Below, one piece after another: positions 17,383 to 26,994 of a stretch of DNA of 39,492 bases; position 1 is the stretch's first letter; the number at the start of each line of letters is the position of its first letter. This stretch comes from a virus (lineage: Duplodnaviria > Caudoviricetes). The position numbers and the translations under genes are program-made. The notes beneath the pieces were generated by a model. The model did not search any database. It was not told the origin of the DNA and saw only the letters and a list, made by a program, of their open reading frames with translations. The stretch covers positions 1-39,492 of the IMG/VR virus record IMGVR_UViG_3300048496_000008; one strand, given 5' to 3'.

Positions 17383-17847
17383 TTAGAGCAGCCTCGCTGT
17401 GGTCGCGTCCCAGGTTCGGATCCATCTTACCGCCGGGGTTTCCGGTCTGGCTATCTCCACGCGGATGCAGAGCGGCCGCAGCGGATGATCCTCTAAAAAG
17501 AATGGAGTAGCCAGGACCGTCGCGGCTACCCCGTCGTCCAGCAGCCAGCGCAAGGCATCCTCGGCGAAACCCTTGGCAATCTCGATCGCGCTATCCTGGG
17601 ACTTCGCTTTGCCAAGCAGCCACAGCAGCGAGCCGATCAGATCCTCTGGAACGTCCGGGTACGTGTCGCCCCACCATCCGCGGCGCTCGGTCGGATCGGC
17701 TACCTCGCTGGCCGGCGCTCGGCGATCGGAGAACAGCGAGATCGTAACGGCTGACTCTAGACCATCGTCGGTTAGCAGCGTGCCGGAATCCGCGAACGCC
17801 AGATCCGCGAAGCCCTTTTCATTGTCGAATACCAGGGCGATCGTCAT
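17383..17847 (-). CDS. Baseplate protein Mu gp46
   Basis: LESAVTISLFSDRRA, RRGWWGD, IGSLLWLL, AEDALRWLLDDGVA. Confidence 0.93.
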   Translation of the reverse strand: MTIALVFDNEKGFADLAFADSGTLLTDDGLESAVTISLFSDRRAPASEVADPTERRGWWGDTYPDVPEDLIGSLLWLLGKAKSQDSAIEIAKGFAEDALRWLLDDGVAATVLATPFFLEDHPLRPLCIRVEIARPETPAVRWIRTWDATTARLL

Positions 17848-18449
17848 TAGGTGGCCTTGACCTTGGTGGCTGCGACGGGGGCGAGGGCGCCGATCAATGG
17901 GACTGGCACGCCAGTGGTACCAGGACCGGCTCCGTGAGAATGGGTATGAACGTCATAATCTGCCTGGATCTTGTCTAATCGCGCCTTGACATCCGCAGCG
18001 AGAGCCACGAACTGCGCCGCAGCATCGGCCCCCAAATGCACCAGCCCGGCAAGCTCTGGCACGGCCGCGATCGATCCGTCCTCTTTGGCGTGGACCCGGT
18101 TTCCCTTGTCCGTGTAGATCGCTGTCTCGCCATTTGCGCCGACCTTGAACCGCGAGCGCCGATCGCTGACCACGACCGCGACGGGGTGGTCCGTGTTGCC
18201 TCCCACTGCCAGCACGATGGCCTCAGAGCCGGCAGGCGGCCGCGCTGAGAGCCCGTACGGCTGGAAGTGCTCGACCGCATCGTCTGCCTCATCGGCTAGC
18301 AGAGTGACCTGGACGGTTTGGAGCTTGCTCGAATCGTTGACGATCTCGACGACGGCCCGCTTGACCATCCCTTGCACTCGCCCTCGCAACGGACTGATAA
18401 CCTTTCTGACGATCCGCTCTATGAGTCGTGCGGCTACCACTGGATCCAA
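17847..18449 (-). CDS. Baseplate spike/assembly protein V (Mu gp45)
   Basis: VEHFQPYGLSARPPAGSEA, GETAIY, C-terminal HTH metal-binding motif. Confidence 0.9.
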   Translation of the reverse strand: MDPVVAARLIERIVRKVISPLRGRVQGMVKRAVVEIVNDSSKLQTVQVTLLADEADDAVEHFQPYGLSARPPAGSEAIVLAVGGNTDHPVAVVVSDRRSRFKVGANGETAIYTDKGNRVHAKEDGSIAAVPELAGLVHLGADAAAQFVALAADVKARLDKIQADYDVHTHSHGAGPGTTGVPVPLIGALAPVAATKVKAT

Positions 18450-19510
18450 CTCTTCCCCTGGGTCCGCGCGTTGCGTTTCCCTGGTGGCACCAGCACATCG
18501 AACGCCTCGGGGCGGCCGGTCTGGATCGTGGTCACGCTGCGATTACTGGCCTTCTCATAGGTCACCGCAGTGATAAGCAGATCATCGTCGACGCGCAGGA
18601 ATCGGTCGCGCACCCGCACGATCTCGTTCGGTTTCCAGAGGCCATCGGCGTGGTGGTAGCCCTGGACGCGGTGAGACAACCGCCGCGACTGGCCGGCTCG
18701 GGTGTTGCGTTCCCACTCGGCCCGCCGGATCAGATCGTTGGCATTGCCCTGGTCCTCTGCGATTACCACTAGCGGCCGATTGCGATCGATCCCGTCGTCC
18801 GTCACGAAACCCTTGGGGCACGACGCGACGGCCCCGAAGAAATCATCCGTGCCCACGAGCTGGGACTTGAACGTGTAGATCTGAAACCGGCTTTTCAGAT
18901 CGCCGCTACGGGTGCCGCCTAGGACGTTTTGGCCCAGCTCTAGTGCGGTCTCGATCCGCTTGCTGCCGGCCCGGGTAAACCTGACCTGCGCGCCGTTATC
19001 CGTCACGATCAGCATGCCGCGCATCCGGGCCAGCCGGCTCAGCGCCTCGAATACCGCCTCGCCATCCTGGATCGAAAACCTCGGGAACTTGACCAGCGCT
19101 TGCTCTGCCGCGGTCGGATCGATCACTACGTCCACGTCGAACGGGCTGCACAGATCGTTGGCGATCGTCTCTAGCAGCGAGTCTCGCCATTTGCCGGTTT
19201 CATGGATCGCGCTACTGTCCACCAGATCGCCCGTATTGCCTCGGCCACTGATCGCGATATTGTGCGTGTTGGCATCGTAGGAGATCTCTACCTGATCGAT
19301 ATGCCCGACCATCACCTCCTCGCCATCGATCGCTACTATGCACTCGTCGCCCTCGTCGAATTCCAGCGGCTGATTCAACTCGCCGCCTCGGTCCACATAG
19401 TCAAAGCGGAACTCCCCTGCGAGCTGCTCGATCCCGAGACGCACCACAATTGTCGTCCAGTCCTCGCGGGCCTGACCGTCGACGCTCAGCCGGATCCGGT
19501 TCTCAGGCAT
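18434..19510 (-). CDS. Baseplate hub protein (Mu gpP/gp44)
   Basis: GIEQLAG.F, GR..TGDLVDSSA, RAEWE...RAG, LWKPN. Confidence 0.93.
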   Translation of the reverse strand: MPENRIRLSVDGQAREDWTTIVVRLGIEQLAGEFRFDYVDRGGELNQPLEFDEGDECIVAIDGEEVMVGHIDQVEISYDANTHNIAISGRGNTGDLVDSSAIHETGKWRDSLLETIANDLCSPFDVDVVIDPTAAEQALVKFPRFSIQDGEAVFEALSRLARMRGMLIVTDNGAQVRFTRAGSKRIETALELGQNVLGGTRSGDLKSRFQIYTFKSQLVGTDDFFGAVASCPKGFVTDDGIDRNRPLVVIAEDQGNANDLIRRAEWERNTRAGQSRRLSHRVQGYHHADGLWKPNEIVRVRDRFLRVDDDLLITAVTYEKASNRSVTTIQTGRPEAFDVLVPPGKRNARTQGKSWIQW

Positions 19511-20759
19511 CGGACGAGAGCACCTCGATCTCTACTCCGCCGGGGATGAAATTGGGATTAGCGATATCGTTGCGGGTTACGATGTCCAGATCCTGATCCG
19601 CGTCGCCGTAGAGGCTGTAAGCCAGCACCAGCGCATTGATCGAAATCGGCGGAGTGACCAGGGACACGACCGGCAGATCCTGCGCCACGCGTTGGAGGTG
19701 CGTCACGATCTCGGTTCGCAGATCTTGCAGAGCCTCGAATAACGGATCCTCTGTGGCCTCGCTGTTTAGCTGGGTCTCGAATGCATCGGCCAGCTCGTCG
19801 CGGATCGCTTGGGCCTGATTGGCGCTCTCTAGGGTTAGGGTCGCCATGATCCGGCTGGTCTCGGCCAGCGCAGCGACGGCCACCATCTGCTCGATTGCAT
19901 CCTGATTGCTCGCTTCGAGCTGACGCTGCGGTGTAGTGTCTGGCGGCTCGGGATCCTCGACCGTGAAATCTCGCAGCGATCGGAACGACTCGCGGAGGAT
20001 CTCCGGCCGGTTGAAGTCTAGCGGGATCGTGTTGCGCGGTGCGGCATCTGTGATCCCCGCGGCGGTCCGCACCAGATCGAGGACGCTGGCAACGAGGCCG
20101 GCAAACTGATTGACTAGCTGCTGCGGCGTATTGAGTAGCTGCGAGACTTCGGACTCGAACGATCGGATCGCTTGGCTGAGACTTTCGATCGTGTTCATTT
20201 TCGCGGCGATCTTGCCCCGGACTTTTCGCAGCGCAGAGGATGCATCGTTTACCCCGTTGATCGCTGCCTGCGCTACATCCTGGATCGTGTCGAGGATGCT
20301 TAGGCTGGTGCTGCTGCTCAGCTCCTCGACGGTACGATTCGCCAGATCGTTGACCCGCGTTGTCGTGTCCGGGATCTGGAGCCGCTCCTCGTCGGTGCCG
20401 GCCTCGACGAATACCAGGCGAAACGAGGCCATACCGCCATCGGCGATCGTCTCGCGCATATCGACGGCCGCATCGATCCGCACCGGCAACGTGCCCCGGT
20501 ACGGATGCACCAGGGTGTGCACTCCGCCGCGCTCCAGCACCTCGATCAGCGCGTCGCGCTTGGCGAAATAGTTAGGCTCCAGGACGATCGCATCGATCGA
20601 GAATCGCCGGGCGCGTCGGCCGAGATCCTCTACAAAGGGCTCGTCCCGATCGGGGAATTCGTACGTAACCGTGCGACGGCCCAGCGTGTTCCCGGTGTCC
20701 TTGAAATCGAACGGGACGCCATCGAGCGAGGCGGGGAGTAGCTGATCGCGAAATGCCAT
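19503..20759 (-). CDS. DNA circularization protein (Mu gpN)
   Basis: LLPASLDGVPF, GRR...YEFP.RD...VEDLGR, LVHPY.G, LAY.LYGDA...RN.I.NP.FIP. Confidence 0.93.
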   Translation of the reverse strand: MAFRDQLLPASLDGVPFDFKDTGNTLGRRTVTYEFPDRDEPFVEDLGRRARRFSIDAIVLEPNYFAKRDALIEVLERGGVHTLVHPYRGTLPVRIDAAVDMRETIADGGMASFRLVFVEAGTDEERLQIPDTTTRVNDLANRTVEELSSSTSLSILDTIQDVAQAAINGVNDASSALRKVRGKIAAKMNTIESLSQAIRSFESEVSQLLNTPQQLVNQFAGLVASVLDLVRTAAGITDAAPRNTIPLDFNRPEILRESFRSLRDFTVEDPEPPDTTPQRQLEASNQDAIEQMVAVAALAETSRIMATLTLESANQAQAIRDELADAFETQLNSEATEDPLFEALQDLRTEIVTHLQRVAQDLPVVSLVTPPISINALVLAYSLYGDADQDLDIVTRNDIANPNFIPGGVEIEVLSSDA

Positions 20760-22792
20760 TACGCGCCCACCTCGGCGATCCCGCCGTCGATCGTTACGTC
20801 GGTGTCTGTGGCGTTTTCGGTGGTCACGATCGTGCGTTCGTTTTGGACGCGTACGAGCAGCTCAGCCTTCGCGGCCGCAGCGGCCGCTTGCTCCCTTCGT
20901 GCCAGTGCGGCTTGCTGCTCTGGTGTGACCCGTCCCAATTCAAGCTCTACCTCGCCGACATCGGCAGCGGCTGCACCGAATCGCTTTTGTCTACCTCGCC
21001 CGGCCGCGTTGATCTGATCGATGATGGCCTTCGCCTCCTCGATCCGTTCGTCGGTATTGCTGACTAGATCTAGCCCCTGCTCGCTGAGCACGGCGCCTGT
21101 GAATCCCTCTGACAATTCCTTTCGTTCCTTCTGCGCGGCCGCTAGATTTTGCTCCGCTGTCAGCAATTTCCCCCGCTCCTCAGTGGTCAGAGTCTCGCGT
21201 AACGCTGGCGCGGCGCGACCGAACTTGTCGACCTTTTTGTTTAGGCCAGCGAGGATGTCACTAAGTCCTAGGGCCTTGTCCAGCATGGTGCCGAGCGCGA
21301 CGCCAGCGGCGAGGGCCAGGAGGGCTAACCCGGCAGCTCCAGCGATCCCGCCAGCGCTAGCCTTGATCCCGCCACTTAGGGCTTTCATGGCCGTGGCGCC
21401 CTTCTCGGCGCCAGTCGCCACGCGAGCAAGTGGACCGATGACACCGAGCAACCCCTTGGCGCCTGATAGTGTCGAGGTGAGCAGCAGCGTTGTCCGCAAT
21501 GCTGCACTGAAGGCGACGAGCTTGATCAGGAACCCTCCCAATTCCCGGACCACCCTAGGATTAGCCTCAGCAAATTCCTTGATCCCCTTGGCCATATCCA
21601 GAACATCGGCCAGCGCCTCGTTGACCGCAGGTGTGAATGCCTCGCCCACCTCCCGGGTCAATGCATCTAGCTCACCCTTCGCGCGCTCGAATGCCTGCGC
21701 TTGCGTCTTGGCCATCTTGGCCGCGGCGATCTCAGACGCGCCCATGCCCTCCGCTTGCAGCTTCATCTGCGCGGCGAACTCTTTACCCTGATTGCTGGTC
21801 AACGCCAGCACCGCGTTGATCCCCTCGATCGACCCAAACAGCTTGGAAAGGGAATCGATATTTCCGCCCGCCCGCTCGATCAGGACTTGGAACACCTCGG
21901 CATTGCCGCCAGACTGCTTGGCCAGATCGGCTAGTGCTTCCTGAGATAGTCCGGACGTTTTGGTAACGTCGCTCAGGAATCCCTGTAACCCCTTGGCCTC
22001 CAACGCGGCCACACTGAAATCGATTCCGAGCCGCTCCGCTTCCTCTGCCGCCTCCGAGCTTGGCTTGAGGATGTTAGCGAACGCTGCCTTGAGCCCCGAG
22101 ACCGCGAATTTGGTATTGATCCCCTGTTTGGTCAGTGTCGCGATCGCTGCATTAGTCTCCTCGACACTGAGGCCCATGGCCGCTGCGATCGGTGCGACTT
22201 TGCCGATGCTGCTGGCTAACTCCTCGACGGTGGTCTTTCCGCCCTTGACTGCGACGAAAAATGAATCACTAACCCTGCCTGCATCCTCGAACGAAATCCC
22301 AAACGCGTTGAGAGCAGACGTTAGTCCGTCAACCGCAGTCTCCACATCGGTCACGCCACCGATCGCCAGCTTGTTCGCAGCGGTCAATAGGTCCGTGGCC
22401 TCGGCTGCATTGGACGCACCGGCGCTGATCGTCTGATAGAGCGCCTTGGCTTGATCGGCCGCCTTACCGCCGAACGTGATCGCGGCTTGCTCGGTTATGT
22501 CAATCAATTCCTGATTGCTGATTACCGATTCGTCGACGAGTGTGGACACCTCGACGATCGCCTTTTCAAATTCGGTAAAGTCGACAACCGGCTTTATCAG
22601 AAGCCGCTTCGCTTGCTCACCTAACCGCGCGACACCCTCGGCCGCCTGATTCAAACTCGCGGCAAGCTGGAACGATTTAGTCGCACTCTTGCCGGCCTTG
22701 GCGATTCCTTTTAGGTTTTTCTTTATCTTGTCCGACGACTGCGAAGTCTTGTCGATCAGCTCCAGCAGGATCCGCACATTGAGATCAGCCAC
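20759..22792 (-). CDS. Tail tape measure protein (TP901-type core)
   Basis: 677 aa, Ala-rich; ALYQTISAG, VSDSFFVAVKGGKTTVEELA. Confidence 0.92.
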   Translation of the reverse strand: MADLNVRILLELIDKTSQSSDKIKKNLKGIAKAGKSATKSFQLAASLNQAAEGVARLGEQAKRLLIKPVVDFTEFEKAIVEVSTLVDESVISNQELIDITEQAAITFGGKAADQAKALYQTISAGASNAAEATDLLTAANKLAIGGVTDVETAVDGLTSALNAFGISFEDAGRVSDSFFVAVKGGKTTVEELASSIGKVAPIAAAMGLSVEETNAAIATLTKQGINTKFAVSGLKAAFANILKPSSEAAEEAERLGIDFSVAALEAKGLQGFLSDVTKTSGLSQEALADLAKQSGGNAEVFQVLIERAGGNIDSLSKLFGSIEGINAVLALTSNQGKEFAAQMKLQAEGMGASEIAAAKMAKTQAQAFERAKGELDALTREVGEAFTPAVNEALADVLDMAKGIKEFAEANPRVVRELGGFLIKLVAFSAALRTTLLLTSTLSGAKGLLGVIGPLARVATGAEKGATAMKALSGGIKASAGGIAGAAGLALLALAAGVALGTMLDKALGLSDILAGLNKKVDKFGRAAPALRETLTTEERGKLLTAEQNLAAAQKERKELSEGFTGAVLSEQGLDLVSNTDERIEEAKAIIDQINAAGRGRQKRFGAAAADVGEVELELGRVTPEQQAALARREQAAAAAAKAELLVRVQNERTIVTTENATDTDVTIDGGIAEVGA

Positions 22793-22795
22793 GGA

Positions 22796-22984
22796 TCACC
22801 CGCCTCTCCCAAGCAGTTTCATTCGCACCGCCTGCCGCAGCCAATGATCCATCCGCTCGGGTGTCAGTCGCCACAGCTCCGACTCCGAGAACTGGAACAC
22901 CGCGGCCAGTGCTCCTAGGCAGTCTCTCCAATTTGACGGGAAGCAAGCGCGAGCAGCATTTCGGAGAGTCCAACCCCTTTTCCC
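22796..22984 (-). CDS. -1 frameshift extension of tail assembly chaperone (gpE'/gpGT-like)
   Basis: Slippery G GGA AAA at 22984-22978 enters the frame with LAAVFQFSESELWRLTPERMDHW. Confidence 0.75.
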   Translation of the reverse strand, partial: GKRGWTLRNAARACFPSNWRDCLGALAAVFQFSESELWRLTPERMDHWLRQAVRMKLLGRGG

Positions 22985-23274
22985 ATTCGGGCAGCGATTA
23001 CCCCCGCGATCGCCTGGTAATCCTCCTGGTGCAGCCGCCTCACGTCTGCCATATCCAGATTCCCCAGCCTGGAGATCAGCAGCATGGTGCAAGCCGTACC
23101 GCTGAGATCGTCTTTATCGATCGCCTCCAGGTCGGCAACGTAGACCGGCCGCAATCGCACCTCGCTCGGATCGCCAAGCCCGGCCGAGGTGCTGCCCGGC
23201 TTGGGCATCATCGGATGCTTCAGCGTGTGGGTGATCGTCTCGTCCGGGTTCGGCAGCTCTAGCACGTCAGCCAT
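22915..23274 (-). CDS. Tail assembly chaperone (Mu gp41 / P2 gpE-like)
   Basis: TLKHP...EVRLRP.YVADL, LISRL.NL...DV..L...DY. Confidence 0.85.
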   Translation of the reverse strand: MADVLELPNPDETITHTLKHPMMPKPGSTSAGLGDPSEVRLRPVYVADLEAIDKDDLSGTACTMLLISRLGNLDMADVRRLHQEDYQAIAGVIAARMGKGVGLSEMLLALASRQIGETA

Positions 23275-23503
23275 CGCCCACCGCCTCGCCGGTCTCAGCG
23301 ACCCCGGACGGTACAGCCGGTGCGGCCGTAGCCTCGCCACCCTTAGCCAGTCCGCGGCCAATGGCGTAGGTCCCAGAGCCCCCAAACATGGCGTACACGT
23401 CGCCCTCGGAGAGGCCCAGCTCCAGGAAGCGGTTAGCGAACATCACCGCCACGGACACCAGGAAGGCTTGCCACTCGGTACGGCTTACGAGCTTTCGGAT
23501 CAT
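23267..23503 (-). CDS. Putative holin
   Basis: 78 aa; RKLVSR.EW.AFLVSV TM1, TM2 ending Y.IGRGLA, acidic tail. Confidence 0.6.
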   Translation of the reverse strand: MIRKLVSRTEWQAFLVSVAVMFANRFLELGLSEGDVYAMFGGSGTYAIGRGLAKGGEATAAPAVPSGVAETGEAVGDG

Positions 23504-23853
23504 ACCTCCACCGCCGGATTCCCCGTGATCTCCACGGTTAGATCGCCCTCGCCGCCGGTCAACTCTGGCGGGGTCGAAGTGAAAGCGCCATCTACCTGGA
23601 ACGTGATCCCGGTGTCCGTCTCATACTGGACCACGCCATCGACCAGATCGCGCAGTTCCGACACGTCCAGATCGGCCGTGTGGGCGATCGTGACCGTGAT
23701 CACGGACGGAGTGAATTCCTCGCTGAAGCCGTAGAGGCTGTGCCCCATCTGCGCGGTGCGGGTGCGACCGCCAAAGTTCAGCACCTCGCCCGTCTTGGTG
23801 CGATGCAGCGTGCCGTTGATCTTGACGCGAACGATTCCCGTGACTTGAGCCAC
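23500..23853 (-). CDS. Tail tube protein (Mu gpM-like)
   Basis: 117 aa directly after the sheath; VTG...VKING, GG.TR, GFSE, ETDTG. Confidence 0.9.
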   Translation of the reverse strand: MAQVTGIVRVKINGTLHRTKTGEVLNFGGRTRTAQMGHSLYGFSEEFTPSVITVTIAHTADLDVSELRDLVDGVVQYETDTGITFQVDGAFTSTPPELTGGEGDLTVEITGNPAVEV

Positions 23854-23862
23854 AATAGCCTC

Positions 23863-25335
23863 CTAGATCAGAAACTGGATCGACGTTGCCGACACCCTGA
23901 GCTGATTGATCAGATCGGGTGCTAGCTGTGCGTCGACCCGATTGGGGTCACTCGTCGATCGTTCGACGATTAGATCGGCCTGGAATTGCTCGAATCCCTC
24001 GACGAGTCCGCCGGGTTCCCAGGTATTGGTAAACAGATCCAGCGCCTCGCCTCGGATCACGTTGGGAGTCACCACGGCCTGGCCGGGACTAAACAGCGTC
24101 CCATCGTTGGCCAGCTTGTGACGCGGGTACTTGGTGGCAATCCTGGTGCGCCAATCGAACCGGATCCGCGAGAGCGTGCGGGGCGTAGTGATGTCCAGAA
24201 ATACCGTGCTCGGGTTGCCGAGGGCGTCCGTTTGGAACGTAGTAATCAGTCGCTCGATCGAGACGTTCCCGCCAAGGTCGACCACGTGCGAGGCGATCCC
24301 GTTATTGAGCAGGGTTTCCCGCTCGGCTCGATCGAATTGATCCTCGCGCGCAGGAGGCAGCACGGATCGCAGCCGCAACGTCTGGCGCGGCCGGGCCGGA
24401 TCCGGCTCGAATGCGTCGACCGCTCCGACGTTGGCGGCCCACTCCCATGGTGTCGTAGGGCTCTCACCTCCGCCGATGATCGTGGAAAATGCAGAGTTGC
24501 GGCCGCTGCCGAGCGTTGTGTGGTCGCTCAGTGTTCCGGTAATCCCGGTGAATGCGTGCCCGTCGATGTCGGCCAGCGGCTGCCACCGTGCATCCATCTC
24601 GGCCTCGATCGCCGCAAGGTTCGTCGCGTCGGTGTATGGGTGAATGATCGTGTGGTACTGGATCGCACCGATCGCCGTGATCGCCGTGGCGATGGATGGA
24701 TTCGTCGCGCCGGTCACACCGTCCGTGACCACAACGGTCAGGCCCGGCACGTCCTCCTCGCCATCGTTGAAATTGGTACGCACGTCGAATTGCTCGCCGG
24801 CCTCTCCGGCATTGCGAGCGGTCAGCGTCACAACGCCAAGCACAGCAGCGCTAGTCATCTGCAATTCCTGATCGGACTGCGCCGCGACGATCGCAGCGTC
24901 GACCAGCGGTCCGGCTGCGGCCGCGGTGGTCGTGTCCGGTATCGGAGTAACAACCCGCTTGCCATGGATGTACAGAAAGATCGATCCGGCCGCCGTAGCC
25001 GTGCCGGTGATCGTGACGATTTTGGTGGCAGCCGTTGCGCCACCATCATCGTCGAGGGCTATGGCGAACATCGGCGTAAACGAATTCGCCGCCTTCGCCG
25101 CCTTGATCATGGCGGACCCGATCGAACCGCGACCAAAGAATGTTTCGCCCTGATCCGAATTGAGGATCTGCTTTACCTCGCCCTCCGCTGCGGTGCCTGA
25201 CGCGAGCCGCTGCACAATGACTAGGATCTGATGTGGCTGCGCCGGTGCGCCCTGGATCGCTCGGCTCGCGTCGAATTCGACGAACGTGCCCGGGGTTCGG
25301 ATCGTTGGGGGAATGCTGCTAAAAGAGATCGCCAT
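23863..25335 (-). CDS. Tail sheath protein (Mu gpL-like)
   Basis: MAISFSSIP..IRTPG.FVEFD.S.A, FGRGS, DPARPRQTL.L, YPRHKLA.DG, DPNRVD. Confidence 0.96.
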   Translation of the reverse strand: MAISFSSIPPTIRTPGTFVEFDASRAIQGAPAQPHQILVIVQRLASGTAAEGEVKQILNSDQGETFFGRGSIGSAMIKAAKAANSFTPMFAIALDDDGGATAATKIVTITGTATAAGSIFLYIHGKRVVTPIPDTTTAAAAGPLVDAAIVAAQSDQELQMTSAAVLGVVTLTARNAGEAGEQFDVRTNFNDGEEDVPGLTVVVTDGVTGATNPSIATAITAIGAIQYHTIIHPYTDATNLAAIEAEMDARWQPLADIDGHAFTGITGTLSDHTTLGSGRNSAFSTIIGGGESPTTPWEWAANVGAVDAFEPDPARPRQTLRLRSVLPPAREDQFDRAERETLLNNGIASHVVDLGGNVSIERLITTFQTDALGNPSTVFLDITTPRTLSRIRFDWRTRIATKYPRHKLANDGTLFSPGQAVVTPNVIRGEALDLFTNTWEPGGLVEGFEQFQADLIVERSTSDPNRVDAQLAPDLINQLRVSATSIQFLI

Positions 25336-25338
25336 GGT

Positions 25339-25563
25339 CTAGTCCTCGATCTTTGCGTCGACCTTGCGCTGCTTGCCTGTGGTCGCGCGCTTTGTTTTGG
25401 GCTTGGACTTGCTCGCGGTTCTGATCGTCACCTCACCGCGACGGGCCCGCCGGTTCCAGTAATTGGACCCCTCGACCGTGGCGCCATCGCTCGGCAGCGG
25501 GCGCTTTGTTACCGGATCGATTACCGTTTGGCCGTCTGCTGGTGTCACGTGAATCTGTGCCAT
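25339..25563 (-). CDS. DUF2635 protein (Mu gp38-like)
   Basis: V.PA.G..V.DP....LP..G..V....YW.RR...GEV. Confidence 0.88.
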   Translation of the reverse strand: MAQIHVTPADGQTVIDPVTKRPLPSDGATVEGSNYWNRRARRGEVTIRTASKSKPKTKRATTGKQRKVDAKIED

Positions 25564-25571
25564 GCTGCCCC

Positions 25572-26120
25572 CTACGTCGGTAGCGATACGATGTCCGTGG
25601 CGTCGTCGCTGATCCCGTCTGTGGTATCCAGATCGTAATCCGTCACCAGGGTTTTAAAGTCTGCGAGCGAGTCCGCGAACGTGCCCACCAGATCGATTTT
25701 CTGATCCCAGACGACCGCCCACATTGCGAGGCCCTTGGCGTCGACTGCTCCAGAGAACAGATTGGCCGCATTGAATCCGGTCGCGGGCGCAGTGGTGAAA
25801 TCCAGGCCCCAGCGATTCTCAGCGATCAGGTGAGTGAGCAGCTCTAGCTTGGCCAGGGCGAGCACACCTCGGCGATCGTTGTCGCGGTTGCGCTCCAGGA
25901 TCATCGCGACCCAGCGCAGATCGGCCACGCGCTCGCCGCCTTGGATCTCAATGCTTCCCATGCGCAGGCACGCGACGATAATGGCCGGGGCTTTCGCGCT
26001 GTAGCGCTTGACCTGATCGAGATCGAACTGGCCGCCATGCGTGAACACCGAAACGTCGTCCGGCATGATCTCCTCGATCTTTTCGGCGATGGCGCTGCGC
26101 GTTTGTACGATCCGGCTCAT
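25572..26120 (-). CDS. Tail terminator/neck protein (Mu gp37-like)
   Basis: HGGQFD, APAI.VA, NLFSG......LAMWAV.W.Q; synteny. Confidence 0.8.
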   Translation of the reverse strand: MSRIVQTRSAIAEKIEEIMPDDVSVFTHGGQFDLDQVKRYSAKAPAIIVACLRMGSIEIQGGERVADLRWVAMILERNRDNDRRGVLALAKLELLTHLIAENRWGLDFTTAPATGFNAANLFSGAVDAKGLAMWAVVWDQKIDLVGTFADSLADFKTLVTDYDLDTTDGISDDATDIVSLPT

Positions 26121-26563
26121 CGTCTAGCGATCTCCCGCTCTAGGAATTCGCCGATCGATAGGAGCACATCCTTTTCGTTGTCGTCGCTTAGGCCCAGATA
26201 CTCGCGGGCTGGTATGCCATCATCATCACCGCCGCCGTCACCTAGCTGCTGCCGCTTCGCATAGACGAGAGAGCTGCCGACCTCGACCGCGCTGGACTTA
26301 GGGATCGCATCGATCGAGTCCAGCAGGAACCCCTCCGACTGCAGCAAGCTCTGCCCTGCGCCACGCGTCGCTGCGTATGCTTCGGACCATGCCGGCCATG
26401 GGTCGCCCTCGGGGCTGGCTTTCTGATTCTGGATCCGGTCGCGCGTCTGGCTTTCGACCACAGCCCCGATCGCATCGAGCAGATTGGCGGACGGCTGCGA
26501 CGCCAGGACCATAAGGATCCGGCGGATCGTCTGCTCAAGCTGCGTCATATCGACGACGATCAT
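26117..26563 (-). CDS. Virion morphogenesis protein (Mu gpG-like)
   Basis: SPEG.PW..WS, L...G.LLDSI, VGS.LVYA..QQ.G, IPAREYLGLS. Confidence 0.9.
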   Translation of the reverse strand: MIVVDMTQLEQTIRRILMVLASQPSANLLDAIGAVVESQTRDRIQNQKASPEGDPWPAWSEAYAATRGAGQSLLQSEGFLLDSIDAIPKSSAVEVGSSLVYAKRQQLGDGGGDDDGIPAREYLGLSDDNEKDVLLSIGEFLEREIARR

Positions 26564-26982
26564 ATGTTCCTCTGGGTTGCCCTGGTAAAGAGGCGCTCCG
26601 GCCCGAACAGAGTTACCCCGCCGCCTACGCTCGTGGGCGGATCGTCCAGACCTAGCGAAGCCTTGCCGGCCGCGATCGCCTTGAGCAATTCGATGCAGTC
26701 CTCGTATCGCCGCCGCCGCTCGTCGGTCAGGATGTCGTGGGTGATGTGCAGCTTATAGACCGCAATATCCACGCAGCAGGACTTGAGCACGTCCGGCACC
26801 GGGGAGATCGGCAGGTCATACCGCGCGGAGATCCACGCGTTGATCTCGCCGGTCGCATCGTCCAGGGACGCCTGTACCGTGTCGGTGTCCTCGACCTGAT
26901 CCCGATCTCGATCGGCCGCTATGTTCAGGATCTCCGGTCCATAGCGGTCGATGATGTCGTCTTTGGTGGCGTAGGCGGCCAT
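26560..26982 (-). CDS. Head-tail adaptor (Mu gp36, DUF1320)
   Basis: YAT..D...RYG, DAT.EI...I.ARY.LP, C.DIAVY.L, RYE.....L..IA.GK.SLG. Confidence 0.93.
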   Translation of the reverse strand: MAAYATKDDIIDRYGPEILNIAADRDRDQVEDTDTVQASLDDATGEINAWISARYDLPISPVPDVLKSCCVDIAVYKLHITHDILTDERRRRYEDCIELLKAIAAGKASLGLDDPPTSVGGGVTLFGPERLFTRATQRNI

Positions 26983-26994
26983 GCTCTCATCGGG

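Noticed and set aside
23986-25200. 404-aa plus-strand ORF and many other long antisense ORFs (e.g. 2608-3498, 21021-21791, 28779-29642, 30992-31684)
   Set aside because: They lie opposite well-supported genes and have no motifs; shadow ORFs are expected at high GC
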